Virus record (IMG/VR): IMGVR_UViG_3300036770_007034
Location: 1 to 64,000 of that record
DNA from: a virus
Direction: 5' to 3' (one strand)
DNA: 64,000 nt
In this document: in pieces, positions 16,389-27,498 of the stretch
Layout of the letters: each line of letters starts with the position of its first letter
Position numbering within the stretch: the first letter of the stretch is position 1
Program-made: the position numbers and the translations under genes
The notes under the pieces: generated by a model
The model's database searches: none
What the model was told of the DNA's origin: nothing
The model's input: the letters and a program-made list of their open reading frames with translations, nothing else

Positions 16389-18128
16389 ATGGCCAAAGTA
16401 ACCCCTGTAGCACCCGGTGGACAAGGACTGCCCGCTGGAGTCACGCAAGATCCTATCAGCGGAATACTGATCTATCGCGGTCAGCCCATTCCTGCAGGAT
16501 CCTATGAAGGTGTACAAAAGATAGTCGATGCCATCAACAATCGCCGTCCAGTCACGTTCCAAGACTATGATCGTAATGTGGGTGCAGTCACCCGTACTTA
16601 TGACCCTATAGCGCAGAGCCAGGCAGTAGGGCCTGCTAATCCAGATACCGTAGTGGTACCAGCCACTGAGCGCAACCCTGCTCGAGGCGTGAGAGACAAT
16701 CCCGCCAACCCGCCCAATACCGCGGCACCGGCACCCGCGGTAGATCCTACAGAGATTGTAGCCAGACCCAATCCACAAGGCAATCCGCCCGATCCCACCA
16801 TTACCGATCCTGCCGAAGGACAAGTCTCCGAAAGCGTCAATCCTGTGTCTACCGTGGTAGACACAGACGCACAACCAGTGGACGAAGTTCCGCTGGCTTC
16901 CTTGCGCCGAGCGCCTGAAAACAATTTCGTGTTTGATCCTGATACTGGTGAACTCCTGCCAGCAGATTCTGCACAGGCCGAGTTTATCGTAGAAGAGCAA
17001 GAACGCATACAAAATCGTGCTCCCTTGGCCGTGGGCGGAAACTTTACCGAAGTGTTTGATGTAGAAACCGGGCTTTACAACGTAGAGAATCTTGACACTG
17101 GTGAGATTATCGCCACAGGACTCACTGAACAAGAAGCTATCGTTCGTGCCCGAGAAGCAGCCACGGGCGGCACAGGATTCAGAGGCAGCGAAGGAGATTT
17201 TGGAGACACCGGTCTTACACCGCAACAGATCCGAGTACAAGAAGCACAGCAACGTGCTATCAACGCCCAGGCCGCTCTCACTAGAGCAAGAGATCAGGCC
17301 ACTTTATCCGAACAACGCAAAGCATCAGGTGCAGCCATTGGCGATGGTGACTGGCGTGTACGGTTGCGCCTGGCGCCTTATGCCACTTATCTCTACAAGA
17401 CTCCGGGCAACAACACTGCCGGCATCCTACAACCGCTCAAAGATACCGATGGTGTGATATTCCCTTACACACCCAGGATAGACATACAGTACTCGGCTGA
17501 TTATAGTGCCTACGATCTCACACACAACAACTATCGTGGATACTTTTACAAAGGCAGCAAGGTAGGCGAAGTGATATTGACCGCAGATTTTACTGCACAA
17601 GACACTTCTGAAGCCAACTACCTTTTGGCAGTGATACATTTCTTCAAGGCCTGTACCAAGATGTTCTATGGCAAAGACAACGAACGTGGAGCACCTCCAC
17701 CTTTGGTGTATCTTACAGGATTAGGCGAATATCAGTTCAATGAGCATGCCTGCGTGATATCTAATTTCAACTACAGCCTGCCACCAGATGTGGACTATAT
17801 CCGCGCACGTAGCACCATGGCATCATCGGCTGGAGTCACTCAAGGCGGCAACGGCTTGTTGTGGCAGCGCAGTCTCGCACCGTCGGCCACGGCCAGCTAC
17901 AATCTTGATTCGATCTGGGCTCGCCTCACAGGAGCCAACCTGCCCAAAGGTGCGGTAAACTATCCACCTGCACCGCCTAACCTTGGACAGAACTCACCTA
18001 CCTATGTGCCTACCAAGATACAGATGACCTTGACCCTGCTGCCAGTACAGAGCCGACAGCAGGTCAGCCAGCAGTTCAGTCTCAAAGAATATGCCAATGG
18101 CAACTTACTCAAGGGAGGATTCTGGTAA
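16389..18128 (+). CDS. Baseplate/tail-tube initiator-like protein with Pro-rich N-terminal extension
   Basis: Start moved to 16389. C-terminal beta domain 'GVIFPYTP.I...Y.A.Y...THNNY...ADFTAQ...GAPPPLVYL..LG.YQF' is tube-fold-like; precedes gp53. Confidence 0.6.
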   Translation: MAKVTPVAPGGQGLPAGVTQDPISGILIYRGQPIPAGSYEGVQKIVDAINNRRPVTFQDYDRNVGAVTRTYDPIAQSQAVGPANPDTVVVPATERNPARGVRDNPANPPNTAAPAPAVDPTEIVARPNPQGNPPDPTITDPAEGQVSESVNPVSTVVDTDAQPVDEVPLASLRRAPENNFVFDPDTGELLPADSAQAEFIVEEQERIQNRAPLAVGGNFTEVFDVETGLYNVENLDTGEIIATGLTEQEAIVRAREAATGGTGFRGSEGDFGDTGLTPQQIRVQEAQQRAINAQAALTRARDQATLSEQRKASGAAIGDGDWRVRLRLAPYATYLYKTPGNNTAGILQPLKDTDGVIFPYTPRIDIQYSADYSAYDLTHNNYRGYFYKGSKVGEVILTADFTAQDTSEANYLLAVIHFFKACTKMFYGKDNERGAPPPLVYLTGLGEYQFNEHACVISNFNYSLPPDVDYIRARSTMASSAGVTQGGNGLLWQRSLAPSATASYNLDSIWARLTGANLPKGAVNYPPAPPNLGQNSPTYVPTKIQMTLTLLPVQSRQQVSQQFSLKEYANGNLLKGGFW

Positions 18129-18427
18129 TGGCCATATATCAACCAACCTCTAGCTACTTTGACACACCGGTCACGGGGGTGTATCTCAATACCTGGGTCA
18201 ATCGACCTATTCCTCGCCAGGCCGATGATGTGCTGTTCCGTATCAACACTACCTACAATCTACGTCCAGATTTGTTGGCTTATGACCTCTATGGTGACCC
18301 CACACTGTGGTGGGTATTCGCACAGCGTAATCCCAACACCTTGACAGATCCACTGGGGGATTTTCGCGACGGGGTATCGATCTATCTGCCCAAGATCAAC
18401 ACGCTGAGAGAAGCACTGGGATTCTAA
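18128..18427 (+). CDS. gp53: Baseplate wedge protein, gp53-like (LysM-like)
   Basis: 'RPDLLAYDLYGDPTLWWVFAQRNP...IYLP'. Confidence 0.82.
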   Translation: MAIYQPTSSYFDTPVTGVYLNTWVNRPIPRQADDVLFRINTTYNLRPDLLAYDLYGDPTLWWVFAQRNPNTLTDPLGDFRDGVSIYLPKINTLREALGF

Positions 18428-18430
18428 CGG

Positions 18431-21301
18431 ATGTCAAGACTCACACCCGCTGAACAAGCACAGCTTGACGGGCTGATAGCACGCCGCCGTGCGCTGATCA
18501 GAGAGATCAACGAAGCCACTAGGAATCTCGAGCGCACCCAACGAGAGATTAGGACAGTAGAAGATCGCCTGCGTGTGGAAACCAATCCTGGCGCCAAGGA
18601 CATACTGGTTCAGAAACTTACACAGCTACAGCAACAAGAAAAACAGCAAGACGCACAGCTCAATGCTCTCAATCAAGAGCTCAACGAAGTAGAATCTCAG
18701 ATCGATGCTTTACAATCTCCTCGTACCAATGAGACAGCGCAGGAAAGCGCCAGCATCACTGTGCAAGATGATGCGACAGCCGCTGACGAAGGAGCTCGCA
18801 CGCAGAATCCTGTGCCTCCGGAACAGGTTCTAGATTCTAATGAACAGATAGTAGATATATCTGAAGTCAATCTGCCTCCCAGCAATGCCAGCCAGCCGCC
18901 GTTGGCCAACAACGAAGAACTTGGACTGGTAGATGGAGTCAGTACAGTGGGAGGATCGGCTCCTGTGCGCACTTCGGTGCAGACACAGCCCGGTGCAGCC
19001 ACTCCACCAGATGATGCCAGACAGCCTCCGGCCTCTACTGTGGGCGAATCTACCAGCGCATCCGTGCCTGGCCGGGCTGCCGTGGCCCGAGAGTTTATAG
19101 ATCCTATCAATTCCACTCCAAATCTCCTGGCCAAACTGGCGTCAATGACTTATACTGTGTCGATCTATCTGTTGAATCCCAATGAGTACAAACAATTATT
19201 AGTCAATCAACGCAAGTCTCTGCCGCCCAGCACTTCGCTGATCATACAGAGCGGCGGCATACCGCAGGGCAATGTCAGCGGCACCGGTACACGGAATCCT
19301 TATTTTGACGTGGACTTTTATGTGGATGATGTCAGGCTGGAGAGCCTGGTCACCGGCAAGGCCGGAGTGGGTGCGCATTCGGCCTTCAATCTTGAATTCA
19401 CTATCACTGAACCCTACGGTATCACTTTCTTGCCTCGGCTCAAAGCCGCCGTGATCAACCATCTAGGTGCCAGTGCAGATGTCAACGAGCTGAGCCAGAA
19501 TTTCCTCATGATCATAAGATTCTATGGGTACGATGATCAAGGTAATATGATCAATGGTGCCAATCTTGGAGCCACTCAGCAGGATCGCAGTGACTTCAAT
19601 GCCGTGGTAGAAAAATGGATACCATTCCAGCTGGCCAACGTCACGTACCGCATACAGAACAAGGTCACAGAATACAAGATCGAAGCCACCGTGGTTGACA
19701 GCAACGTGGCCTACAATACCATGTATGCTACCATTCCTTTCAACTTTGAGCTCACTGCCGATACCGTGCAAGCTCTCCTAAACGGCAAGGCCACATTGGT
19801 ATCTACCGGCGAGACCGGAGGTATAGAAGATTTTGTCCCTGGTGTGACTGATCGGCAGCCTGCTCCTCCCAAGGCCGCTGCTATACCTAGCAAGAGTACC
19901 TACATCGGTGGATTATGCGATGCCTTGAACCAACACGAAGAAAATATCCGCAGGAAAAATGGATATGAGATCGCCAATCGTTTCGTGATCGAATTAGAAG
20001 ATGTTCCGGGATTGAAAGATGCCAAAGTGGCCCGTCCAGGGCGCCAAGACAAATCCAGCAGTGCCATGAACAAGAATCAAGAAGCCGCTGCCAAGTATCT
20101 TGGTTCCAAGACCAGTTATCAAGCTGACATGAAAAATTTCAGCATCGTGGCTGGCACGCAGATCGTGCAACTGATCGATCTCGTGATGCGCACCAGCAGT
20201 TATATCACTGCTCAGCAGAATCTCATCTACGATCCCAAAACAGGAGTACCTATAAATCAATCTCCGGTGAGTACCGTACAATGGTATCGCATCAGGAGCG
20301 AATGTCGGCCCATTGACTATGATCGCAAACGCGAAGCCATAGCCTATGAGATCAAATACATCATTTCGAGATATCAGATCAATGATCCTCAGAGTGCATA
20401 TTTTCCTCGTGCCCGATATCGTGGCGCTCACAAAAAATATAATTACTGGTTCACCGGAGAAAATTCCGAAGTGCTCGATTTCCAGATTGACGTGAACACT
20501 AACTTTTTTGTGACCATTGGCAACGATGGCAAGACTCCGGAAAATCAAGCAGACGCACAGTTCAAGATCAAACGAACGTTCCAGGCACAGCCCGGGCAGT
20601 CACAGCAGCCGGGATCTGACCAGGCAGGTATACCAGCTGCCAATCTCGCTGACAGGCTTTATTCTCCCACAGACGTGGCCCAGACCAAGGTAGAAATAAT
20701 AGGAGACCCAGATTGGATACAGCAGAGTGAAGTATTCTATAAAGGCATAGATCTCAGTCCGTTCTTGGCTGACGGTTCGGTAAACTTTGATGCCAGCGAG
20801 GTGCTGTTTGAAATCAATTTCAATCCGGCTTCTGACTACGATCTTGGCATAGGTATCATGGACGTGAGAAATCATAATCAACGCAATCAGAGCCTGTTCC
20901 GTCCGGCACCACAGAAATCGGTTTTTTCAGCCTACAAAGTGGACAGTAGATTCAGCCAAGGACGATTCACACAACAATTACACGGCACCATAATTGAATT
21001 TGGTCTGACCGCTGGCAACACCACACCTACAGGTAGTGCCGTATCATCGGCTGGCACTGCCGCCGGTGTGCGTACCACTGGTGCTCCAGTTCCGGCATTT
21101 GAAGTACAACCAACTCCGGGACTCTCTAATTTAGAAATCAGCAACCCCAACGGAGCGATAAATTATAAGCCCAGCGGGTTATCACAGGTGTTGGATGCCA
21201 GGGCACGAGAGCGTGCAATCAGTGGCGATTCACCAAAACCTGGACAGACGGTAGTGTCAGACGATGCTATCTCTAACGCACCATTTGCTGGCGGAGCATA
21301 A
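18431..21301 (+). CDS. Baseplate hub protein (gp27/gpD-like) with N-terminal coiled coil
   Basis: 956 aa between gp53 and gp5; 'LEFTITEPYG', 'VEIIGDPDWI', 'YKVDSRFSQGRFTQQL' fit hub proteins. Confidence 0.6.
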   Translation: MSRLTPAEQAQLDGLIARRRALIREINEATRNLERTQREIRTVEDRLRVETNPGAKDILVQKLTQLQQQEKQQDAQLNALNQELNEVESQIDALQSPRTNETAQESASITVQDDATAADEGARTQNPVPPEQVLDSNEQIVDISEVNLPPSNASQPPLANNEELGLVDGVSTVGGSAPVRTSVQTQPGAATPPDDARQPPASTVGESTSASVPGRAAVAREFIDPINSTPNLLAKLASMTYTVSIYLLNPNEYKQLLVNQRKSLPPSTSLIIQSGGIPQGNVSGTGTRNPYFDVDFYVDDVRLESLVTGKAGVGAHSAFNLEFTITEPYGITFLPRLKAAVINHLGASADVNELSQNFLMIIRFYGYDDQGNMINGANLGATQQDRSDFNAVVEKWIPFQLANVTYRIQNKVTEYKIEATVVDSNVAYNTMYATIPFNFELTADTVQALLNGKATLVSTGETGGIEDFVPGVTDRQPAPPKAAAIPSKSTYIGGLCDALNQHEENIRRKNGYEIANRFVIELEDVPGLKDAKVARPGRQDKSSSAMNKNQEAAAKYLGSKTSYQADMKNFSIVAGTQIVQLIDLVMRTSSYITAQQNLIYDPKTGVPINQSPVSTVQWYRIRSECRPIDYDRKREAIAYEIKYIISRYQINDPQSAYFPRARYRGAHKKYNYWFTGENSEVLDFQIDVNTNFFVTIGNDGKTPENQADAQFKIKRTFQAQPGQSQQPGSDQAGIPAANLADRLYSPTDVAQTKVEIIGDPDWIQQSEVFYKGIDLSPFLADGSVNFDASEVLFEINFNPASDYDLGIGIMDVRNHNQRNQSLFRPAPQKSVFSAYKVDSRFSQGRFTQQLHGTIIEFGLTAGNTTPTGSAVSSAGTAAGVRTTGAPVPAFEVQPTPGLSNLEISNPNGAINYKPSGLSQVLDARARERAISGDSPKPGQTVVSDDAISNAPFAGGA

Positions 21302-21310
21302 GGAACAGAT

Positions 21311-23659
21311 ATGGGTTGGGCAGCGCAACGGACCACGGGTACACCCCGTGAATATCAGCTAGACAAAGGCGGCAGCCAGCCAGTGGCTGGCCTGCCCTAT
21401 GTAGGCATAGTGAAGAACACTAATGATCCCATCCGGGCAGGACGTATACAGGTATGGATCAAGGAATTTGGCAACGACAATCCTGCGGATGAAGATACCT
21501 GGAAGACCATGAGTCCGGTGCTGCCATTCTACGGTACTACCGAGCAGTTTGGCACTGATACCGGAGAAGGTAGTTTCATAGGTAATAAACAGAGCTATGG
21601 TATGTGGTGGACTGCTCCGGACATAGACACTCAAGTGGTCTGCATATTTGGTGCAGGCGATCCTAATCAAGGATACTATATTGGTAGCTTGGTCAAGCCT
21701 GGTATCAATCACATGTTGCCGGCCATAGGGTCATCTAGAAACTACAAACTAGATAACTCTCCCCAGAGCGAATACTTCCGTAATGCTGGTCGCTTGCCCG
21801 TCACGGAGATCAATGACGAAAACCCACAGATCGACGGCAACCCTAGATTTTTTACCCAGCCCAAACCAGTACACTCAGTAGTAGCGGCAGAGATGCTACA
21901 GCAGGGCTTGATCAACGATCCAGTGCGAGGCCCTATCGGATCCAACGCACAACGAGAAGCACCTAGCCAAGTGTTTGGCATGAGCACACCGGGACGTCCG
22001 ATTTACGCCGGTGGACTGTCCGAACAAGACATACGCCAGCGTTTAGAAGCCGGAGCGGTACTACCTCAGGATGCCATAATCATAGCCCGACGTGGTGGAC
22101 ACAGCATCGTGATGGACGACGGTGATCTCACCGGTCAGGATCAGCTGATACGCATCCGTACAGCCAAAGGCCATCAGATCACCATGAGCGACTCTGGCGA
22201 CAGTTTTTATATCATACATGCCAACGGCCAGACCTGGATGGAATTTGGTAGCCAAGGTACCGTGGATGTGTATGCCACTAACTCTATCAACTTCCGCAGT
22301 GCGGGCGACATCAACTTGCATGCCGATCGTAGCGTGAATATCAATGCCAGAGCATTGGTCAACATCAGGGGTGAACGATCCGTGGCGATCGAAGGCAACC
22401 TCATACAAGCCAATGCCAAGCAGGCCATGCTGTTGTACTCTGACAGTTTTGTTGGTATCAAGAGCGACGGTAGCCTCAGTCTCAAAGCCACCAAAGCCGG
22501 CACCTGGGATGGAGGATCCAACATGGTACTCAGCGCAGGCTGTATCGCTCTCAACAGCGGCGATGCGCCTGATGTTCCGGAACCGGCCAAGATCACTTTG
22601 CAGAATCTGCCAGACACTACTTTCGAACCCAACCGAGGGTGGGTAGTGCAACCGGGTAAAATACAGACAATCGCCACCAGAGTGCCCACTCATGAACCTT
22701 ATCCGTTCCATGGTCGAGGAGTCACTGCCACTGCAGATTTGCAGGACACCGGTGAGGGAATTCCTTTCCCAGCAGAAGTTGATGAGGTATTTGATTCTAT
22801 ACAAGATACAGAATTTGATGCCATCGCATTGGAACAATATGAAGATCAAGATCCGGCGGCATTTAGTATAGGCACGATCAGTCCTGAACAAGTCACAGGA
22901 ATGCTGGCACAAAGCAGTTTCAATGTGGATCAAGATGCGTTCGAAATCAGCGATGAACTCGGTGTGGGAAAATATGGATTCTCTCCAGAACAATTAGAAG
23001 CAGCCGGATATCTCAAGCCCGGAACAGTGGAATTCTATCTTACCGACGGTACAGCCACGACCACAGAGATCCTGCGCAGTCCCAATGTATGGTCGGGCCA
23101 AGCCGGAGTGACCAGCGTGGCAGCTTTGTTGAGCGATCCTCGATTGCAAGATGCTGTACAGACTGATCTTTATCAGCTATCTCTGCAAAATCTGCGTTCT
23201 CAAGGCATAGTCACAGGCGACGAAAACCCTGCCAAACTCGCTGGAATCATACAGGCCGGTAGCAAATATGGTGCAGAAACCGTGAGAGATTGGCTCAAGG
23301 GCACAGTACAGGACGAAACAATATTGACTGATCTCAACAAGCTAGGTCGCAGTGCTCAATATGCTGTGCAATTAGTAGACCAGAAAGTGAGTTCGGCTAT
23401 ACAAGGATTTAGCACAGTGCCCCTGACATCGACCAATGTCACTGCTCGCAATCTCATCGACGATGCGGTCAGCAACGTGATTGGAAATCCCAAAGTTCCT
23501 AGCCCTAATTATGTGGGCACTTTGGATTTTTACGCTAACACATCAGATGCTGATCTCACCTACACAGGTGATGATGAGATAGTGTTGGCTCGTATCAATG
23601 CTGAACGAGCACGCCGTGGGTTGCCGCCTTTAGGCCCAGGCGGCACCATCCTAACATAG
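21311..23659 (+). CDS. gp5: Baseplate central spike, gp5/VgrG-like
   Basis: OB-fold 'GIVKNTNDPIRAGRIQVWI...YGMW..APD....V...F..GDP..GY', beta-helix 'RIRTAKGHQITMSD...GDINLHA', and a C-terminal lysozyme-like segment. Confidence 0.8.
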   Translation: MGWAAQRTTGTPREYQLDKGGSQPVAGLPYVGIVKNTNDPIRAGRIQVWIKEFGNDNPADEDTWKTMSPVLPFYGTTEQFGTDTGEGSFIGNKQSYGMWWTAPDIDTQVVCIFGAGDPNQGYYIGSLVKPGINHMLPAIGSSRNYKLDNSPQSEYFRNAGRLPVTEINDENPQIDGNPRFFTQPKPVHSVVAAEMLQQGLINDPVRGPIGSNAQREAPSQVFGMSTPGRPIYAGGLSEQDIRQRLEAGAVLPQDAIIIARRGGHSIVMDDGDLTGQDQLIRIRTAKGHQITMSDSGDSFYIIHANGQTWMEFGSQGTVDVYATNSINFRSAGDINLHADRSVNINARALVNIRGERSVAIEGNLIQANAKQAMLLYSDSFVGIKSDGSLSLKATKAGTWDGGSNMVLSAGCIALNSGDAPDVPEPAKITLQNLPDTTFEPNRGWVVQPGKIQTIATRVPTHEPYPFHGRGVTATADLQDTGEGIPFPAEVDEVFDSIQDTEFDAIALEQYEDQDPAAFSIGTISPEQVTGMLAQSSFNVDQDAFEISDELGVGKYGFSPEQLEAAGYLKPGTVEFYLTDGTATTTEILRSPNVWSGQAGVTSVAALLSDPRLQDAVQTDLYQLSLQNLRSQGIVTGDENPAKLAGIIQAGSKYGAETVRDWLKGTVQDETILTDLNKLGRSAQYAVQLVDQKVSSAIQGFSTVPLTSTNVTARNLIDDAVSNVIGNPKVPSPNYVGTLDFYANTSDADLTYTGDDEIVLARINAERARRGLPPLGPGGTILT

Positions 23660-23669
23660 TAAATACAGT

Positions 23670-24044
23670 ATGGCTACTTTTATCGGATTCAATACTATCG
23701 ACCAATATAAGAAATTCGTGCTCACGGATTTTGCTCTGATCAAGCGCGATCTCTTGAACTACCTCAACATACGCCAGGGAGAAAAACCCGGCCGGCCAGA
23801 CGTAGGCACCACGATGTGGAATCTCATATTTGAACCACAGACCGAAAAAACAGCAGATCTGATCATACAAGAGATACAGCGTATCGTTGGACAAGATCCT
23901 CGTATCTTCCTTTCTGATGCTGTGGCCTATCCTCAAGACAACGGTATCTTGGTAGAAGTGGAGATCCAGACAGTGCAAGGTCAAGATGCACAGCGCCTGG
24001 CCGTGTTCTTCGATCAAGAATCACGCAGAGCTTCCTACGTATAA
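23670..24044 (+). CDS. gp25: Baseplate wedge gp25-like
   Basis: 'LIKRDLLNYLNIRQGEKPGRPDVGT.MWNLIFEP...DPRI'. GTAAATA motif 4 nt upstream. Confidence 0.9.
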   Translation: MATFIGFNTIDQYKKFVLTDFALIKRDLLNYLNIRQGEKPGRPDVGTTMWNLIFEPQTEKTADLIIQEIQRIVGQDPRIFLSDAVAYPQDNGILVEVEIQTVQGQDAQRLAVFFDQESRRASYV

Positions 24045-24064
24045 ACTGCCCAGTTTATCTGGCA

Positions 24065-24072
24065 CATAAATA
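24065..24072 (+). promoter_or_regulatory. Late promoter CATAAATA (gp6)
   Basis: Intergenic, preceded by the inverted repeat ATAAACTG-CC-CAGTTTAT (24041-24058). Confidence 0.65.
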
Positions 24073-24089
24073 CTCGAACGGAAAGTATT

Positions 24090-27000
24090 ATGGCCAAGAC
24101 CACGAGACAAACTGCTATTTTTGGCGTAGAAGACTGGAAAAGGATCTACCAGACCTATCGCGAAGCTGACTTCCAAAGCTACGATTTTGAGACTCTGCGC
24201 AAGAGTTTCATCGACTACATACGCCTGTACTATCCCGAAAGTTTCAATGACTACATCGAGTCTAGTGAATTCGTGGCCTTGCTGGATGTCATGGCTTTTA
24301 TGGGTCAGGCCTTGGCCTTCCGCAATGACCTAAACATCCGCGAAAACTTCCTGGATACCGCCGAACGACGCGATTCTGTGATACGTCTGGCTGATCTAGT
24401 ATCGTATACTCCCAAACGCAACCAAGCCGCCCAGGGATTCCTCAAAGTGTTCAACGTGAGCACCACAGAAAATGTGATCGATTACAATGGTGTAAATCTA
24501 TCTGGAGTCACAGTGAACTGGAACGATGCTACCAATGCCAGCTGGCAAGAGCAGTTCACTGTTATTATCAATGCCGCTTTGGTAGACAGCCAGCGATTTG
24601 GTCGTCCTGGTGCGACTAAAAATATCTTGGGCATACAGACCGATGAATATACCGTGAACTTGGTCCCGGGTTATCTACCGGTAATCCCTTACAATGCCAC
24701 TGTGGATGGAACAGCCATGGCTTTTGAAGCAGTGAGCTCTACATTCCAGGACCGAGATTATGTGTATGAACCCAGTCCAAGACCTGGCGGCGAGTTCAAT
24801 GTGATGTTCCGCAATGACCGGTTGGGTTTTGCCAGTCCTAACACAGGATTCTTTTTCCTGTTCAAACAGGGCAACCTACAAGATCAAGACTACAATCTCG
24901 GCGAGCGTATCTCTAACCGAGTGATCAATGTCAATATTGAAGGCATCAACAATGACGACGTATGGCTTTATCAACTCGACGAAGTAGGGCAAATCGCGCA
25001 AGAATGGACCAAGGTTGACAACATCTATGCCGCAGCCGTGGAGCAATTATCTCCAGACGCACGTAAATTTTTCTCAGTGACCAGTCGTACCAATGATCAG
25101 ATCAATCTCAACTTTGGCGACGGTGTGTTTACAGAGATTCCTGTGGGTATCTTCCGCTCATATGTTCGTGCATCCAACGGATTGCAATACATTATCAATC
25201 CTGAAGAGATGCAGGCCATACAGATCTCCATCGGCTATGTGAGTCGCACAGGTCGATTTGAAACTATTACTTTCACCTGCGGATTGAGCCAGCCAGTGAG
25301 CAACGCTGCCAGCCGCGAGAATATCGCCGATATCAAACAGCGTGCTCCTGCTCGTTATTACACACAGAACCGCATGGTCAACGGTGAAGATTACAACAAT
25401 CTTCCTTACACCTTGTTTGGTACTATCATCAAGAGCAAGGCAGTAAACCGTTCATCTATCGGTACCAGTCGCTATCTTGACCTTGTTGACATCACGGGCA
25501 AGTACAGTTCTACCAACATCTTTGCCAGCGATGGCCTGATCTACGAGAATACCGAAGTTCCTACATTTACTTTCACCTTCGTGGATCAGAACGATATTGC
25601 CAATGTAATCATCAACGAGCTAGAACCCGTGCTGGCCAGTCGTGGAATGTTGGAATTTTACTACAACAATTTTCCTCGTCCTAATCTTGTGCCTATCGGC
25701 ATCGAGTGGAATCAGAGCACCACATTGGCCAACGAGACCACAGGATATTTCCAGTTTATCGCCAGCGGTGCTCCAGCTCCTATCGGTTCTAATACCAGCG
25801 ATAACAAAAAATACATCACACAAGGTGCCCTGGTCAAATTTGAACCTCCTGCAGGATATTGCTTTGATGCTAACAATAGACTAAAACTAGGTCTGCCCAC
25901 ACAGCCCAATGACAAGATCATACTATGGGCCACTGTTTCTGCGTTGATATTAGATGGTACCAACTTTGGCAATGGTAATCTGCCCGACGGTACCGGTCCA
26001 GTGACACTGAACAATTTTATACCATCAGAAGCTATCGCCACGCAAGTAATCGCCAAATTCATCACAGATCTTCCCACAGACGTAGAACAGCAGATCAAAG
26101 ATCAGATTGAGCTCTACAGAGATTTTGGTCTAGGATATGATTATCTCGACGGTGAGTGGTATGTGATCACATCTACTAATCTCAATCCTGCCACTACATT
26201 CAGTCTGGCCAATGCACAGAATCAATCCGGTCAAGGTCTGGATAACTCCTGGCTAGTGGCATTTGAGACCGATGGTGTCACGTATACAGTGACTTATCGT
26301 TCATTGGAAAGATTCTTTGCCAGCATCTTGCAGACACGCTTCTTCTATGATGGGTCGCAGGCCGTGTATGATCCTCGCACAGGTACCGTGATCAATGATT
26401 TCATCAATGTGCTCAAGATAAACACACAACCTGATACTTCGATAGCGTTGAATAATGATGTGATAATGGACATCGTGGGTCAGCCTATCCAGAGCGACGG
26501 ATTTGTTGATGACTTCCGTGTGCGGGTAAGTTTCAAAGACTTTGACAATGACGGTGTGCCAGACAATCCTGACTACTTCCAAGAGTTAGTAGCTCCTGAC
26601 GTGAATCCCAATCAAAAACTGGTGTTCCTGCAACAGACTGTAGACTTTGACAATCTCGAGCGTTATGTACCATTGGCCGAAGGAGTAGTACTAAGCGAAT
26701 TTGCTACAGAAGATGCTATCGAGCTAGTCAAAGATGAATATGCCAACGGGCAGATTTTTTATGCTTATGAAGAAGAGTTATTTTACGAACTTGAGATAGC
26801 TTATACCGGAGTCCGTACACTCAAAGAGATTACTGGACTGCTGGCATATACCGGCCGCCAAGATCTCAGTTTCCAGTACAGACACAATGCCCCACTGAGT
26901 CGTAGGATCGATCCTGGTACTACTAACATCATCGATATCTATCTGGTCACTCAAGCCTACTACACTGCCTATCAGAATTACATCAAAGATAGCACAGGTA

Positions 27001-27497
27001 CGATCCCCGAACCCGAACCTCCCACTATCGATGAGCTTACAGCTTCTTATTCCAGCCTGAATCAGTACAAGATGATTTCAGACAACGTGATCTTGAACTC
27101 AGTGAAATTCAAACCTCTGTTTGGTATCAAGTCTTCTCCAGAACTGCGTGCCACTCTCAAAGTCGTGCGCAATGGCGGCAGCACAGTGAGCGTGAGTGAG
27201 ATCAAGAGTCGCATGGTCGCAGCCATCAATGAATACTTTACCATCGACAAATGGGATTTTGGTCTTACATTCTACTTCTCGGAATTGGCAGCATATCTGC
27301 ATAGAGAACTAGGCGATATCATTTCTACCGTGGTGTTGGTACCCGAAGATCCTCTCAAGAGCTTTGGAGACCTGTACGAAATACGTTGTGCCGCTGACGA
27401 AATATTCGTGAATGCTGCCACAGTAAATAACATTGAAGTGATTGATGCGCTCACTGCCAGTGAGCTCCGTACAGCACCTAACAGCGGCGTAATCTGA
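24090..27497 (+). CDS. gp6: Baseplate wedge gp6-like
   Basis: 'DFETLRKS...FNDYIESSE...ENFLDTAERRDSV.RLA..VSY.PKR', 'FGDG', 'E.I..IK.RAP..YYTQNRMVNGEDY'. Confidence 0.9.
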   Translation: MAKTTRQTAIFGVEDWKRIYQTYREADFQSYDFETLRKSFIDYIRLYYPESFNDYIESSEFVALLDVMAFMGQALAFRNDLNIRENFLDTAERRDSVIRLADLVSYTPKRNQAAQGFLKVFNVSTTENVIDYNGVNLSGVTVNWNDATNASWQEQFTVIINAALVDSQRFGRPGATKNILGIQTDEYTVNLVPGYLPVIPYNATVDGTAMAFEAVSSTFQDRDYVYEPSPRPGGEFNVMFRNDRLGFASPNTGFFFLFKQGNLQDQDYNLGERISNRVINVNIEGINNDDVWLYQLDEVGQIAQEWTKVDNIYAAAVEQLSPDARKFFSVTSRTNDQINLNFGDGVFTEIPVGIFRSYVRASNGLQYIINPEEMQAIQISIGYVSRTGRFETITFTCGLSQPVSNAASRENIADIKQRAPARYYTQNRMVNGEDYNNLPYTLFGTIIKSKAVNRSSIGTSRYLDLVDITGKYSSTNIFASDGLIYENTEVPTFTFTFVDQNDIANVIINELEPVLASRGMLEFYYNNFPRPNLVPIGIEWNQSTTLANETTGYFQFIASGAPAPIGSNTSDNKKYITQGALVKFEPPAGYCFDANNRLKLGLPTQPNDKIILWATVSALILDGTNFGNGNLPDGTGPVTLNNFIPSEAIATQVIAKFITDLPTDVEQQIKDQIELYRDFGLGYDYLDGEWYVITSTNLNPATTFSLANAQNQSGQGLDNSWLVAFETDGVTYTVTYRSLERFFASILQTRFFYDGSQAVYDPRTGTVINDFINVLKINTQPDTSIALNNDVIMDIVGQPIQSDGFVDDFRVRVSFKDFDNDGVPDNPDYFQELVAPDVNPNQKLVFLQQTVDFDNLERYVPLAEGVVLSEFATEDAIELVKDEYANGQIFYAYEEELFYELEIAYTGVRTLKEITGLLAYTGRQDLSFQYRHNAPLSRRIDPGTTNIIDIYLVTQAYYTAYQNYIKDSTGTIPEPEPPTIDELTASYSSLNQYKMISDNVILNSVKFKPLFGIKSSPELRATLKVVRNGGSTVSVSEIKSRMVAAINEYFTIDKWDFGLTFYFSELAAYLHRELGDIISTVVLVPEDPLKSFGDLYEIRCAADEIFVNAATVNNIEVIDALTASELRTAPNSGVI

Positions 27498-27498
27498 T

